Positions 50,001 to 57,600 of a stretch of 64,000 bases of DNA are shown piece by piece (position 1 is the stretch's first letter; every line of letters starts with the position of its first letter). The translations under genes were made by a program, and so were the position numbers. Under the pieces are notes generated by a model. It made no database searches, was not told the origin of the DNA, and saw only the letters and a program-made list of their open reading frames with translations. The stretch is from an uncultured archaeon (lineage in GTDB: Archaea; Thermoplasmatota; Penumbrarchaeia; JASLWR01): the NCBI GenBank assembly GCA_964430885.1, contig CAYSHM010000004.1:32001-96000 (forward strand), in the 5' to 3' direction.

Positions 50001-51109
50001 CCTCATCCGGGACTGGGAGAATAGTAGTATCCACCGATACCCAGGTGGAGCTTTACGGGGAACCGGGCAATGTTACGAGAGGTGAAGGGGTCACCATATC
50101 CGGAAGAATACTAAATGATAAGGGTGAGCAGATATATCCTTCCCCGGACCTTGATGAGGAAGACTATTTGCTTCTAGTTCATTTTTTCATAAATGAGAAA
50201 GAGATACAGAACACTACGGTTGATATCGACGGGACTTTCATTGATAATCTAATGGTCCCTCTAAGCGCTGACAGAGGTAAGGCGATCCTTAAAGTGGTCT
50301 TTAACGGATACGGTAATGGCTACCGGCAGAGCCAGACTGAAATGCCGTTCTATATATATGCAAATACCCATCTCAACATCATTGTTGATGAGGACCAGGA
50401 AATACTGCCTGGTTCTCTGGTCAATGTCAAGGTTAGGCTATTGGGTGATAGAGGTCAGGGATTAGGGGAAAAACCCGTGGAAGTGAAGCACGGGGATATT
50501 ACCCGTAATATGTTCACTGATTATTTCGGCCGGTTGAACTTCACTCTGGAGTTCCCCACGGATCAGAAAGAAATGAGTATTAGGGCCATTTATCCCGGCT
50601 CCCGAATATCCTTCTACGAATCTGCGGATGATAGACTTACTGTGGAATTATCGGAAGAGGGTAAGAAAACACTATCCTCCTCCTCTGAATCTGATATGGG
50701 AGGATATCTACCTATTCTTGTAAGTATCTGTCTTATAGCAATAATACTTTTCGCATGGTATAAATGGCGAAAACGGCACGTTAAAGAGATGAAGACCCTA
50801 TTCGAGGAAGCCTTGGAACTCTTGGAGACCAGTGATGAGATCAGAAACGTGATCTACCTTACATACATAGAGATGATGGAGATATTGAGGAAATACGGTT
50901 TCATGCGTAAGAAACACCAGACGCCCATGGAGTTCTATATGATAGTATCAAGGATGGTCCCTTCAATAAGCTCCCGCAATATCTATAGGCTCACTGACCT
51001 TTTCCAGGAAGCAAGATACTCCGAACATGAATTCGAAGAAAAGGAAAAATTCAGGGCTAAGAAATATTTCAGGATGTTCAGCCGGGGACTTGACAGTCAA
51101 GGTGAATAG
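44051..51109 (+). CDS. Giant transglutaminase-like (TgpA-type) surface protein with TSP3-like Asp-rich repeats, Ig-like domains, TM and DUF4129-like tail
   Basis: YWRLRTYDRY..W, GKCIDFATAFVVLAR, PARLVTGY, HAWAEVYF..GWVQFE; DxDxDGLxDxxE repeats; C-terminal TM then TPMEF...LTDLFQEARYS. Confidence 0.9.
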   Translation: MRGKLFIVLICIVLILTAIPYIAIFPQKESGHEKYSDTSPDTIIPGVDSDGDGLQDGEEDYNDDGILDPLETDPFDADTDSDLLEDGIEYGYWENKMAQVAQDGIPVWVQDAYLNESPADMEKRFGPVADLDDDGAVNIRDPDSDNDGLMDGHELDIGTDPANPDTDGDGIPDGQDEQATDSRDVDGDGIPDDWEDHYDVDDPDADPDNDGKTNKEEFEEGTDPTHPGEGESELGTDMVLSDMGFHPGDPEKILFYVTPDDPLEPPSYWRLRTYDRYTLNGWTNNYDNSAPYSGEEIDTEVTFGVNVTYKKFQIVFWGSSKGFLPTALHTNILYDVIYNQSVQNTSAPLVRYDTGEFYSSILVKSYYFSHDSYYFSPANLHNATVPARVEMPLMYEIPNSTFNFVSDIASDIPGLDAPAPYQRALNIMQYLDENCEYNISTTMDPDQDWVIDFLGNKTTGKCIDFATAFVVLARMGDLPARLVTGYSPGVMVNGQRVVKAGHKHAWAEVYFNDLGWVQFEVTPYNNGREGGTGVDTNGSDPSVHTWDGSPADGHGTNNGKVENKTRDSDGDGLTDWEENNVFNTDPLNVDTDGDGLNDSAELFDFFTDPLDYDTDKDNLTDYEEIIIHNTSARSPDTDNDGLNDGAEVQIYFTNPRNPDTDDDDIDDLREIKYYHTDPRLKDTDDDGIDDNEEVLWGKDGQVSDPTSADSDGDGLSDGAEINENGTDPAQMDSDYDQLIDGDEVYQYHTDPTLPDTDGDGLMDGLEVLQFNTDPNERDTDGDGVEDGMEIWTGTDPLEATRASYQTDEDGDGLQEFMEGLFGTNSSMMDTDNDGLSDASELFAFFTNPSSNDTDMDGIEDNVELFQTFTSPRLSDSDSDGLSDLMEIDELGTNPRSVDSDHDGLSDGAEIDNGTSPKDWDSDGGGLSDGYELGNSLDPLEPGDDNSLMDSDGDGLSDADELNRATDPAFWDSDGDGISDGQEVFFLKSDPLSNDTDNDGLLDRFEAFNTGLSPIKNDTDSDGLDDWQEREVYHTSPVFPDTDTDGINDYAETQDARISPLDLDTDRDGLADGVEVLHLCDPGNPDTDGGGALDGVEIFAGGHDPLVPADDVDLIDTDRDGLNDYQEMNVYGTDPNDPDSDNDTIWDGMEIEDIGSDALDNDTDNDTILDGMEVFTYGTNPLSNDTDMDNLTDDAEINTYQTSATSNDTDMDNLNDWMEIFIYQTSPLTSDTDSDGLTDSEELFIQNTNPLDEDTDMDGVLDGWEVFYGFDPLNGTDVFTDEDADGLTTIEEFLNGTDPTLNDTDADGISDGQEVLNYGTDPLDTDTDSDTIDDWDEIFTYGTDPLLVDSDGDNMTDGWEVVNNLNPNSPIDRGEDPDADGMTNIGEFYNDTDPWSNDTDADGLLDGNELSLGCNPLHNDTDADGLLDGEEVFVYSTDPLSGDSDLDGLDDWDEIFDHLTNPISNDTDGDGLLDGEEVDDYSTSPLLNDTDTDNLTDYQEIKIYFTDPLESDSDSDGLTDYDEIIFHNTLPLEPDTDQGGLDDGTEVLLGRDPLNPDDDEDPVSEIPSLPTFLKIDYYPENLTKLETGEFIVRGTVVDMNGTPLLGIHVDVLMNRTLNETGISIGSATSDSQGHFEAECELEPGLAVGINFLRTHSVTRRIGNYLYKGAWDGGDSTISISSPTILRFISPSPGAQVPHGRKFNGTVVLKDGDGISLSDQPLSIFWEGGQRQDIRTDSEGLARFTFTAPETLGKYNLYGEYFGSRFLFTSNATIEIIVSAFGVDIFLDNITDTNPSDVFMCDGSINISGRVLAVNGTPVPNGRVQVTLKGREINNVQIFDRFELITDAAGSYSKNYELIADVWRAGRYELYASFMGSIYYPASSAPTDEQFIYITGKTYFTYTSLEVDRGSSVTFTSVLTDNTGQGLSGEEVNITYLGSTLPPKITDYNGQVSFEFEVRADFPLGPVNVFLYYPGRYHDGKEKFLSSSGTGRIVVSTDTQVELYGEPGNVTRGEGVTISGRILNDKGEQIYPSPDLDEEDYLLLVHFFINEKEIQNTTVDIDGTFIDNLMVPLSADRGKAILKVVFNGYGNGYRQSQTEMPFYIYANTHLNIIVDEDQEILPGSLVNVKVRLLGDRGQGLGEKPVEVKHGDITRNMFTDYFGRLNFTLEFPTDQKEMSIRAIYPGSRISFYESADDRLTVELSEEGKKTLSSSSESDMGGYLPILVSICLIAIILFAWYKWRKRHVKEMKTLFEEALELLETSDEIRNVIYLTYIEMMEILRKYGFMRKKHQTPMEFYMIVSRMVPSISSRNIYRLTDLFQEARYSEHEFEEKEKFRAKKYFRMFSRGLDSQGE
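45749..48730 (+). repeat. About 42 tandem ~22-23-aa D-[TS]-D-x-D-G-L-x-D-x-x-E...T-D-P coding repeats; about 7 more at 44190-44730
   Basis: Counted from the translation; some copies are near-identical in DNA (aatgatactgatgccgatggccttttgga at ~48236 and ~48302). Confidence 0.9.
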
Positions 51110-51153
51110 ATTGAACTCGGTTACGCTTATGCAGATTCCTCAAAAAGTCCCTT

Positions 51154-54024
51154 TCAAAGAGGGGGCGGAGGGATGTTCCTGGGCGGATCATTAATTTTTT
51201 GATCCGGCTCAGTTGGTAATTTGGCTTTGGCGGTTCGCACTTCAAAATTCAGCTCTTCCATATTCTTGCTCATTTCTCCGTTATTATCTTCATTGGACAA
51301 CATACTATTTTCCGATTGGTCATACTGATAGGGCATGCCTTGGTTGTCCATGTTTGCTCCAGGATCTGGCAAGGTGTAATGATGCTGAGGCTTCAAGCTT
51401 CTTTTAATGCAGGTATCTCTTTCTGATTCCCCCACCCTCTCCATTTCCACATGCCCCTCAAGACTGCCGTTCGGTTTATCTTTTCTTTTTTTCATAAATA
51501 CCAGCAATATGATTGCCGTTATGATGATTATTATAATTATGATAATCAGGCTGACCAATCCGCTGCTAAATCCAGCCTTTTCCTTTTTTCCGTTTGGTTC
51601 CCCATCGCTCCTCGGTTTCTCATCACCCGCCACCGTATCATTATCGTCATCATCCTCCATTTGGACGACGGGTGCGATTACCGTTATGTTCTTTGTTGAG
51701 ATGCTATAAAGTCCGGCGGAATCGGAAACAGTAAGGGTGACAGTATAATTACCGCTTTGGGCGTATGTATGGTTGACCAATAGCCCTTCTTCGTCATTTT
51801 TTATTCCGTCCCTTGAATCAAAATCCCATGAATAGGTGAGCATATCGCCGTGGATCAGATCGGGATCCTGTGCATCCTCATTGGAGAAAGATACAGTTAG
51901 GTTTTCTTTTACGGTAGTATTACCCTGTGCATCTATAATCTTCACAGTAATGTTCCCTGAAACCGGAGGGTCGTTGACATTGATCACATTAATTGTAGTA
52001 TTGAACCAGTCAGCTCCATCATATTCGTCTTTTACGGAGAAGTTTACTCTATATGTGCCGATATCATCATTATCAGGTTTAAAGGTGAAGTTACCGGTTT
52101 CTTCATTCAGCGACCATTTATCAGAACTTATTCCATTTTGGCTGAAATTTGTTGCAAAAGTTAGTTTCTCGTAGGGGTCATGGGGAAGGTCAGGGTCAGC
52201 CGTTTTAAGGCTGAAATTCAGCCACTGTTTCTCTAAAACCTCCATTTCTTCCATTTCACTAATTATTGGTTCATCATTTGTGTTTACTATCGATATATTG
52301 AGGAAGTATGAACTTTGAAGTGCGTTCTGGGCCGACCCGTTCATGTCATTGATCATCAGGGAGAAGTTAATGTTTCCAATATGATGATCGTCAGGTTCGA
52401 TCGTCAGGTTTACTGCAAGGGGGTTATTGTTGTCAGGAAGCAGTTCAAGTATTTCGGAATATGAAAAATGGTCTTTCAGTGTTACAAGAGGGATATCCCC
52501 GTCTACATCACCTGCCAGGAATTTAAAGTAATTGATCTGTCCTTCCTTTGCTTCCAAATTGATGTCCGTTTGCTCTCCATCAATCTCAGTTCCGTTAATC
52601 GATAGGAAATGCGGAGGATCATTTGTGGGAATTACAGTGACCATAAATGGCTCTGTTCCGACCGATAATCCCTCTACATCTTCGGCTGATAACACAAAGA
52701 GAAGTTCTCCGAAATAGTCTTTTTCAGTTCTGAAATCCACATGCATAGTGGATAGATTTACCCCTGCTGTGATTTTCGATGTATTACCAGTTATATGAAA
52801 GGTTAGATTATCAAACGGTTCATCATCTCTGAAGTGATCCCGCAGGTCAATCAGGCCGATGCCTTGGTTGGAGTCCTCATGAAAACTATACATGCTGTTA
52901 TCGATATCAAGTATCAATTCAGGCGGTTGGTTGGGATAGATAACCTGATAATCAATGGATAGATTGTTTAATCTCAGTATTCCCGGTGAGTCAGCAAAGA
53001 GCGTTAGAGGAATATTTACAACCGCATCATCGGTATTGCTATTGACGCATTCCTGAAGTTTTTCTTTGAATGAATGCTGGTCGTTGATGGTTACCTTTTC
53101 GCGGTATTCCCCTTGATACTCCCATTCGGTATCCCCTGCATTGTTCACGTTCAGGGAAGGGTCCCAGGGATAGGAGGATATGTTGCCTCTGAACTCTACA
53201 TTGACAAAATCGGTCATGATCTCGGTGGTGCTTCCGTTGCCTGGGAGCGGTGTAGTAGCTATGAGATGTAATTTTTCATTGATGTCAAAAAACCTTTCGG
53301 GATTTGGATAGTATTCCCTTTCGAGTATTTTAATTGCTACAAATCCGCCCATGCTGAAGGTCTCTACCAGGTCCCAATCTGAAGTATCGTTGTTGTATAT
53401 GTAAATACTTCCGCAACATATACCTTGCCCATATGGGAAATTCCTAAATCCACTTCCTTTCCATTTGACTATTATTGAATCAAATTCCCAATCCACCTTA
53501 GAAAATGAAAAATGGTGGTAAACGAACTTGTTCATCTCACTGACTGATGAGAAAAGATCGTTGTTGTCGTCATTTATCTTCATATAATCCATGTTCCCGA
53601 AAGGAGTATCAGTATATTGCGATGGTTCATCTACGGGTATGGAATCGGAATTCCCCCACCAGGCTGAATTGTTGATAGTATCTGTAAAATTTCTGTTTTC
53701 GGAAATGCTCTCATTTAGAAATAATCCTTGGATGTCCATTGATGCGGATATTAATTCAGTATATTGCGGAAGATCAATGCTGGCCGAATGGTTATACCCA
53801 CCTTCAAGGAACTCGGAATCGATTGCTTCATTTCCGTTGCTGAATGTGTTCATTGTATGGCGCGTTCCGAGGACATCAATATTGTTCCAGTCATCCTTAT
53901 CAATATTGAAAATATCTTTTGATGATGAGGCGTGTTCAGTTAATATTCGGTTCAAACCCAATTGAGCGTTCATTGCGAGCAATGCAAATATCATCAATGT
54001 AATTATTAAAATCCTTTTTTTCAT
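51154..54024 (-). CDS. Membrane-anchored cadherin/Ig-like plus PKD surface protein, paralog B
   Basis: Signal peptide; NQPP, TNDPP, TNDEP and NVNDPP linkers; PKD YSWDF..NHTYAQSGNYTVTLTVSD; TM, KKRK; tail ends PPPPL. Confidence 0.88.
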   Translation of the reverse strand: MKKRILIITLMIFALLAMNAQLGLNRILTEHASSSKDIFNIDKDDWNNIDVLGTRHTMNTFSNGNEAIDSEFLEGGYNHSASIDLPQYTELISASMDIQGLFLNESISENRNFTDTINNSAWWGNSDSIPVDEPSQYTDTPFGNMDYMKINDDNNDLFSSVSEMNKFVYHHFSFSKVDWEFDSIIVKWKGSGFRNFPYGQGICCGSIYIYNNDTSDWDLVETFSMGGFVAIKILEREYYPNPERFFDINEKLHLIATTPLPGNGSTTEIMTDFVNVEFRGNISSYPWDPSLNVNNAGDTEWEYQGEYREKVTINDQHSFKEKLQECVNSNTDDAVVNIPLTLFADSPGILRLNNLSIDYQVIYPNQPPELILDIDNSMYSFHEDSNQGIGLIDLRDHFRDDEPFDNLTFHITGNTSKITAGVNLSTMHVDFRTEKDYFGELLFVLSAEDVEGLSVGTEPFMVTVIPTNDPPHFLSINGTEIDGEQTDINLEAKEGQINYFKFLAGDVDGDIPLVTLKDHFSYSEILELLPDNNNPLAVNLTIEPDDHHIGNINFSLMINDMNGSAQNALQSSYFLNISIVNTNDEPIISEMEEMEVLEKQWLNFSLKTADPDLPHDPYEKLTFATNFSQNGISSDKWSLNEETGNFTFKPDNDDIGTYRVNFSVKDEYDGADWFNTTINVINVNDPPVSGNITVKIIDAQGNTTVKENLTVSFSNEDAQDPDLIHGDMLTYSWDFDSRDGIKNDEEGLLVNHTYAQSGNYTVTLTVSDSAGLYSISTKNITVIAPVVQMEDDDDNDTVAGDEKPRSDGEPNGKKEKAGFSSGLVSLIIIIIIIIITAIILLVFMKKRKDKPNGSLEGHVEMERVGESERDTCIKRSLKPQHHYTLPDPGANMDNQGMPYQYDQSENSMLSNEDNNGEMSKNMEELNFEVRTAKAKLPTEPDQKINDPPRNIPPPPL

Positions 54025-54165
54025 TATAAACACCGGCCCAATAGAAACTCAATCTTCGTTATAAGTATGTTTTGGAACGATGGTCGAAATGATTCCCGCT
54101 TAAGATTTGTTATTTCGATCCTTTCTGACTTAATAAACATCCCCTCCCCACTCTTCTCCTCTCCT

Positions 54166-57048
54166 TTATATTGGCGGAGGCGGGGGATAGTAAGGTTTTT
54201 CTTGAAGATTCTCATACTTGTGATTCTGGTGAGTTATGTATTTTGGCGCGGACTGTAGGGGATGCGGTGGTGCCAAGCTCTGCTCAGAAACTGAAGGCGA
54301 AATATCTTTATTTATCATATTTTGGTCATAGTAAGGATAATAAGCCTCGTTCTGGCGAATGTTGCTTTCAGGGTTGTTTTGGGTGGAATATGGATCATAT
54401 TCCTGCGGTTCATAATTCGGAAAGCGATCAAGTTCTTCTCCATCTTTATTTTCACCGCCTTCTGCCGGGATTATTTCTTCTTCACTAGCTCTCTTCCTTA
54501 CCTTTGCAATGAATCCAATGATCACAAGAACGGCAATAAGGATTATAATGGAAAAAATAATTAAAAGCCAAATTCCGGCACTCAGCCCTTTTTTTCCAAA
54601 CCCGCTTCCCCCAGTTTCATCATCCGGGCTATTGTCAATACCTGTATCATCGTTATCATTGTCATCCGGCAAGATGGGAGCAATCACTACAATATTGCCG
54701 GATGAAAGGTTGCTCATCCCATTTGAATCGATAACAATCAACGTTACTCCATAAGTGCCGCCTTCAGCATAGGTATGATTGACCTGCCGCCCCACCGCTT
54801 CTTTATCTATTCCATCCTTCGCATCGAAATCCCATGAATAGGTAAGAGTGTCGCCGTGTATCAGATCTGGATCTTGCCCTTCTTCAGTGGAAAACGATAT
54901 TGTTAGGTTTTCCTTTTCCGTTGTATTGCTCAGGGCGTCTTCAATAGTTACAATTATTTCCCCGGCAGTGGGGGGATCGTTAACATTCAGCACTTCGATA
55001 GTGGTATTGAACCAGTCCTTACCATCATATTGATCCTCCACGGAGAAATTGACAGTATATAGGCCTACATCATCATTGTCGGGTTTAAAGGAGAAATTAC
55101 CCGTTTGTCCATCCAATGACCATTTATCGGATCCTATGTTCCATTGGCTGAAATTTGTATGATAGATAAGCCTTTCAGAAATATCGCAGTCCGTATCTAT
55201 ATCATCCGCATCTAATGTGAAATTAAGCCATTGGTCCTCCAAAACATCCATCCCTTCCATTTCAATGATCACCGGAGCATCGTTAGTATTGGAAACTGAA
55301 ATATTTATTGTATATAATCTCATCATCGAGTTCTGAGCAGAACCGTTCACATCATTGATGCTGATGTTGAAAATGACTGAACCAATATTCTGGTCTTCAG
55401 GTTCAACTGCCAGCGAACCTACCAAAGAGTTGTTGTTATCCGATAGGAGATAAAGAATGTCTGAATATTGATAATGATCGTTCAAAGTCAGCAAAGGTAC
55501 ATCACCGTCAACATCTTCCGTCAGGAAAGGGTATGAATTGATCTTGCCTTCCATTGCTTCAATCTTAATTTCATTATCTTCAGGTCTGATTTCAATTCCG
55601 TTGAAAAAACTGAATGAAGGTGCATCGTTTGTTGGGGTGACACTCACCCAAAACGGATCCGTCTCGATATATAATCCTTCATTATCCTCGGCCTTGATCC
55701 TGAATCTTTCCTTTCCGAAATAGTTTTTATTGCTGACGAAGTCAATGCTATTGGTGCTAGTGTTGATGAAAGCAGAGATGCGGGTATGATTCATTGTAAC
55801 CGTAAAGGTAATGTTGTTGAAATCATCATCATCCTGGAAATAATCCTCAAGGTCTATCAGCCCGATTCCTTCATGGCTGTCTTCGGGAAAATTGAAGTTC
55901 TGGGAGTAGAAGGATCCCGTAAGCTCCGGCCTCTGGTTCTCAATAACGATATCGTATTGGATGGATAGTTCCCTCAATCCCATTATTCCAGGTTTATCGG
56001 AACTCAAGGATAAAGTAATATTGACGCTGTCACCTGAAGAATTGTCAACTAAGGACTGCAGCGTTTCCCTGAAACTGTAAGTATCATTTACATTGACAGT
56101 GGTATCGAACACTCCCTGGTGGTTCCATTCGACGTTTCCCTCCATATCCAGGTTCAGGGAACAATTTTCAGTATATGAATCAATATTATAGGTTGCTACG
56201 GCATTGGTAAAATCCGTTTTCATATAGGTTGTGAAACCGTTTCCGCCAACTCTTGTGACTGCCAAATAGTACATATTACCTGAATTATCAAGAATATTCG
56301 CCTGGTTGCATAGATATGTTCGGGATAGGGCTTTTTCATCAGGGACTTCACCCGTATGGAATTCGTCCACTAGTTCCCATAATCCGCTGCTGTGATCGTA
56401 AATCAACCATTTTACTCCGTTGGTTCCGAAACCCATATCTGGATTCCCCATTCCTCCTCCTTCCCAATTTGTTCGCATGGTCCAGATATTATTTGTACTG
56501 ATATTGGAAAAATGGAACATCTGGTAAGCATACTGATCGTCAATGTTTCCTGTGTTTGCTCTAAGATTATCCCTGTTCTGGAGGAGTATAAGCTGTGGCA
56601 GATTGTAGGAATTGTTCTCATAGGTGCCCGGAGGTGAATCAGGGAGGGAATGGATGCCGCCCCACCAGGCAGAATTATTAATGGTATCATTGTAGGAATA
56701 CTCCCTGTCAACCATGGATGTCAGGGGCAGTCCGTCAATTGTCATGCTTGCACTTGTAATCTCGATATTTGAGGGAAGTATTAACTTAACCGTATTGTTC
56801 GTGCCGCCTTCCATGAAGTATACTTCTTTGGTGATGGTACCGTCCTTGAATTGGGTAATTTCGCCTCTTGTCAATTCAGAATTTAGATCCGAAACAGTTT
56901 CGGAGGTTGGACCGTCTGAAAAAAAAATCCTGACAAGTATTCCATTTTGAAATGATATCATAAACACCAGAAGCAGTAACCCCAGTATACAGAATTTTTT
57001 TCCACTGCCATTTTTCACTTGAACACCTGAAAATTCTAATTTGTTCAT
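54166..57048 (-). CDS. Membrane-anchored cadherin/Ig-like plus PKD surface protein, paralog A
   Basis: Same architecture as 51154-54024; PKD YSWDF..NHTYAEGGTYGVTLIVID; TM, KVRKR; tail ends YYPPPPPI. Confidence 0.88.
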   Translation of the reverse strand: MNKLEFSGVQVKNGSGKKFCILGLLLLVFMISFQNGILVRIFFSDGPTSETVSDLNSELTRGEITQFKDGTITKEVYFMEGGTNNTVKLILPSNIEITSASMTIDGLPLTSMVDREYSYNDTINNSAWWGGIHSLPDSPPGTYENNSYNLPQLILLQNRDNLRANTGNIDDQYAYQMFHFSNISTNNIWTMRTNWEGGGMGNPDMGFGTNGVKWLIYDHSSGLWELVDEFHTGEVPDEKALSRTYLCNQANILDNSGNMYYLAVTRVGGNGFTTYMKTDFTNAVATYNIDSYTENCSLNLDMEGNVEWNHQGVFDTTVNVNDTYSFRETLQSLVDNSSGDSVNITLSLSSDKPGIMGLRELSIQYDIVIENQRPELTGSFYSQNFNFPEDSHEGIGLIDLEDYFQDDDDFNNITFTVTMNHTRISAFINTSTNSIDFVSNKNYFGKERFRIKAEDNEGLYIETDPFWVSVTPTNDAPSFSFFNGIEIRPEDNEIKIEAMEGKINSYPFLTEDVDGDVPLLTLNDHYQYSDILYLLSDNNNSLVGSLAVEPEDQNIGSVIFNISINDVNGSAQNSMMRLYTINISVSNTNDAPVIIEMEGMDVLEDQWLNFTLDADDIDTDCDISERLIYHTNFSQWNIGSDKWSLDGQTGNFSFKPDNDDVGLYTVNFSVEDQYDGKDWFNTTIEVLNVNDPPTAGEIIVTIEDALSNTTEKENLTISFSTEEGQDPDLIHGDTLTYSWDFDAKDGIDKEAVGRQVNHTYAEGGTYGVTLIVIDSNGMSNLSSGNIVVIAPILPDDNDNDDTGIDNSPDDETGGSGFGKKGLSAGIWLLIIFSIIILIAVLVIIGFIAKVRKRASEEEIIPAEGGENKDGEELDRFPNYEPQEYDPYSTQNNPESNIRQNEAYYPYYDQNMINKDISPSVSEQSLAPPHPLQSAPKYITHQNHKYENLQEKPYYPPPPPI

Positions 57049-57165
57049 AAGAACAAATGCACTACATTATCAAGATTAATGCAAAAGGTATATTAAATTT
57101 ATAGAGCGAAATTCGAAAAAAATCTTCAGGATGCAGTAAGATTTCCCATCAACCTTTGGGGACGA

Positions 57166-57405
57166 TCACTCTTCCGTAGCTTCCTTTTTCTCCCGTGCCC
57201 TGAAAAGAAGAAATCCGAATAATCCGAAGAGAAAAGGAATGATAGTTACTGCGTAGAGGCCGATGTCACCAAAGGCTTCACCGAAACTCAGCCCCTCCTC
57301 GTTCATACCGATTATACCCCAGGTTATGTATATTCCCAGAGCTACCAGCATCAGGAGTATGAATGCAATTTTCTGTCCGAAATATTTACTCCTTCCCTCG
57401 TCCAT
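57166..57405 (-). CDS. Small two-TM membrane protein
   Basis: GAGGTG SD before ATG 57405; two hydrophobic helices around FGDIGLY. Confidence 0.7.
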   Translation of the reverse strand: MDEGRSKYFGQKIAFILLMLVALGIYITWGIIGMNEEGLSFGEAFGDIGLYAVTIIPFLFGLFGFLLFRAREKKEATEE

Positions 57406-57600
57406 TTTATGCACCTCGGTGGCTCCAGTCCTTAAAGACCGGATACACACCCTGAATCCTTGCCATGTTAAATAAACCTTTTCTATAATTATATTTACAG
57501 GTATAACGATGAAAATTGAATGTGAAATATGGGGTTTTCGGGCCTATATGAAAATAATAGCCCGTCATGCAGATGGATATCTTATTAATGGTAGATCAGT

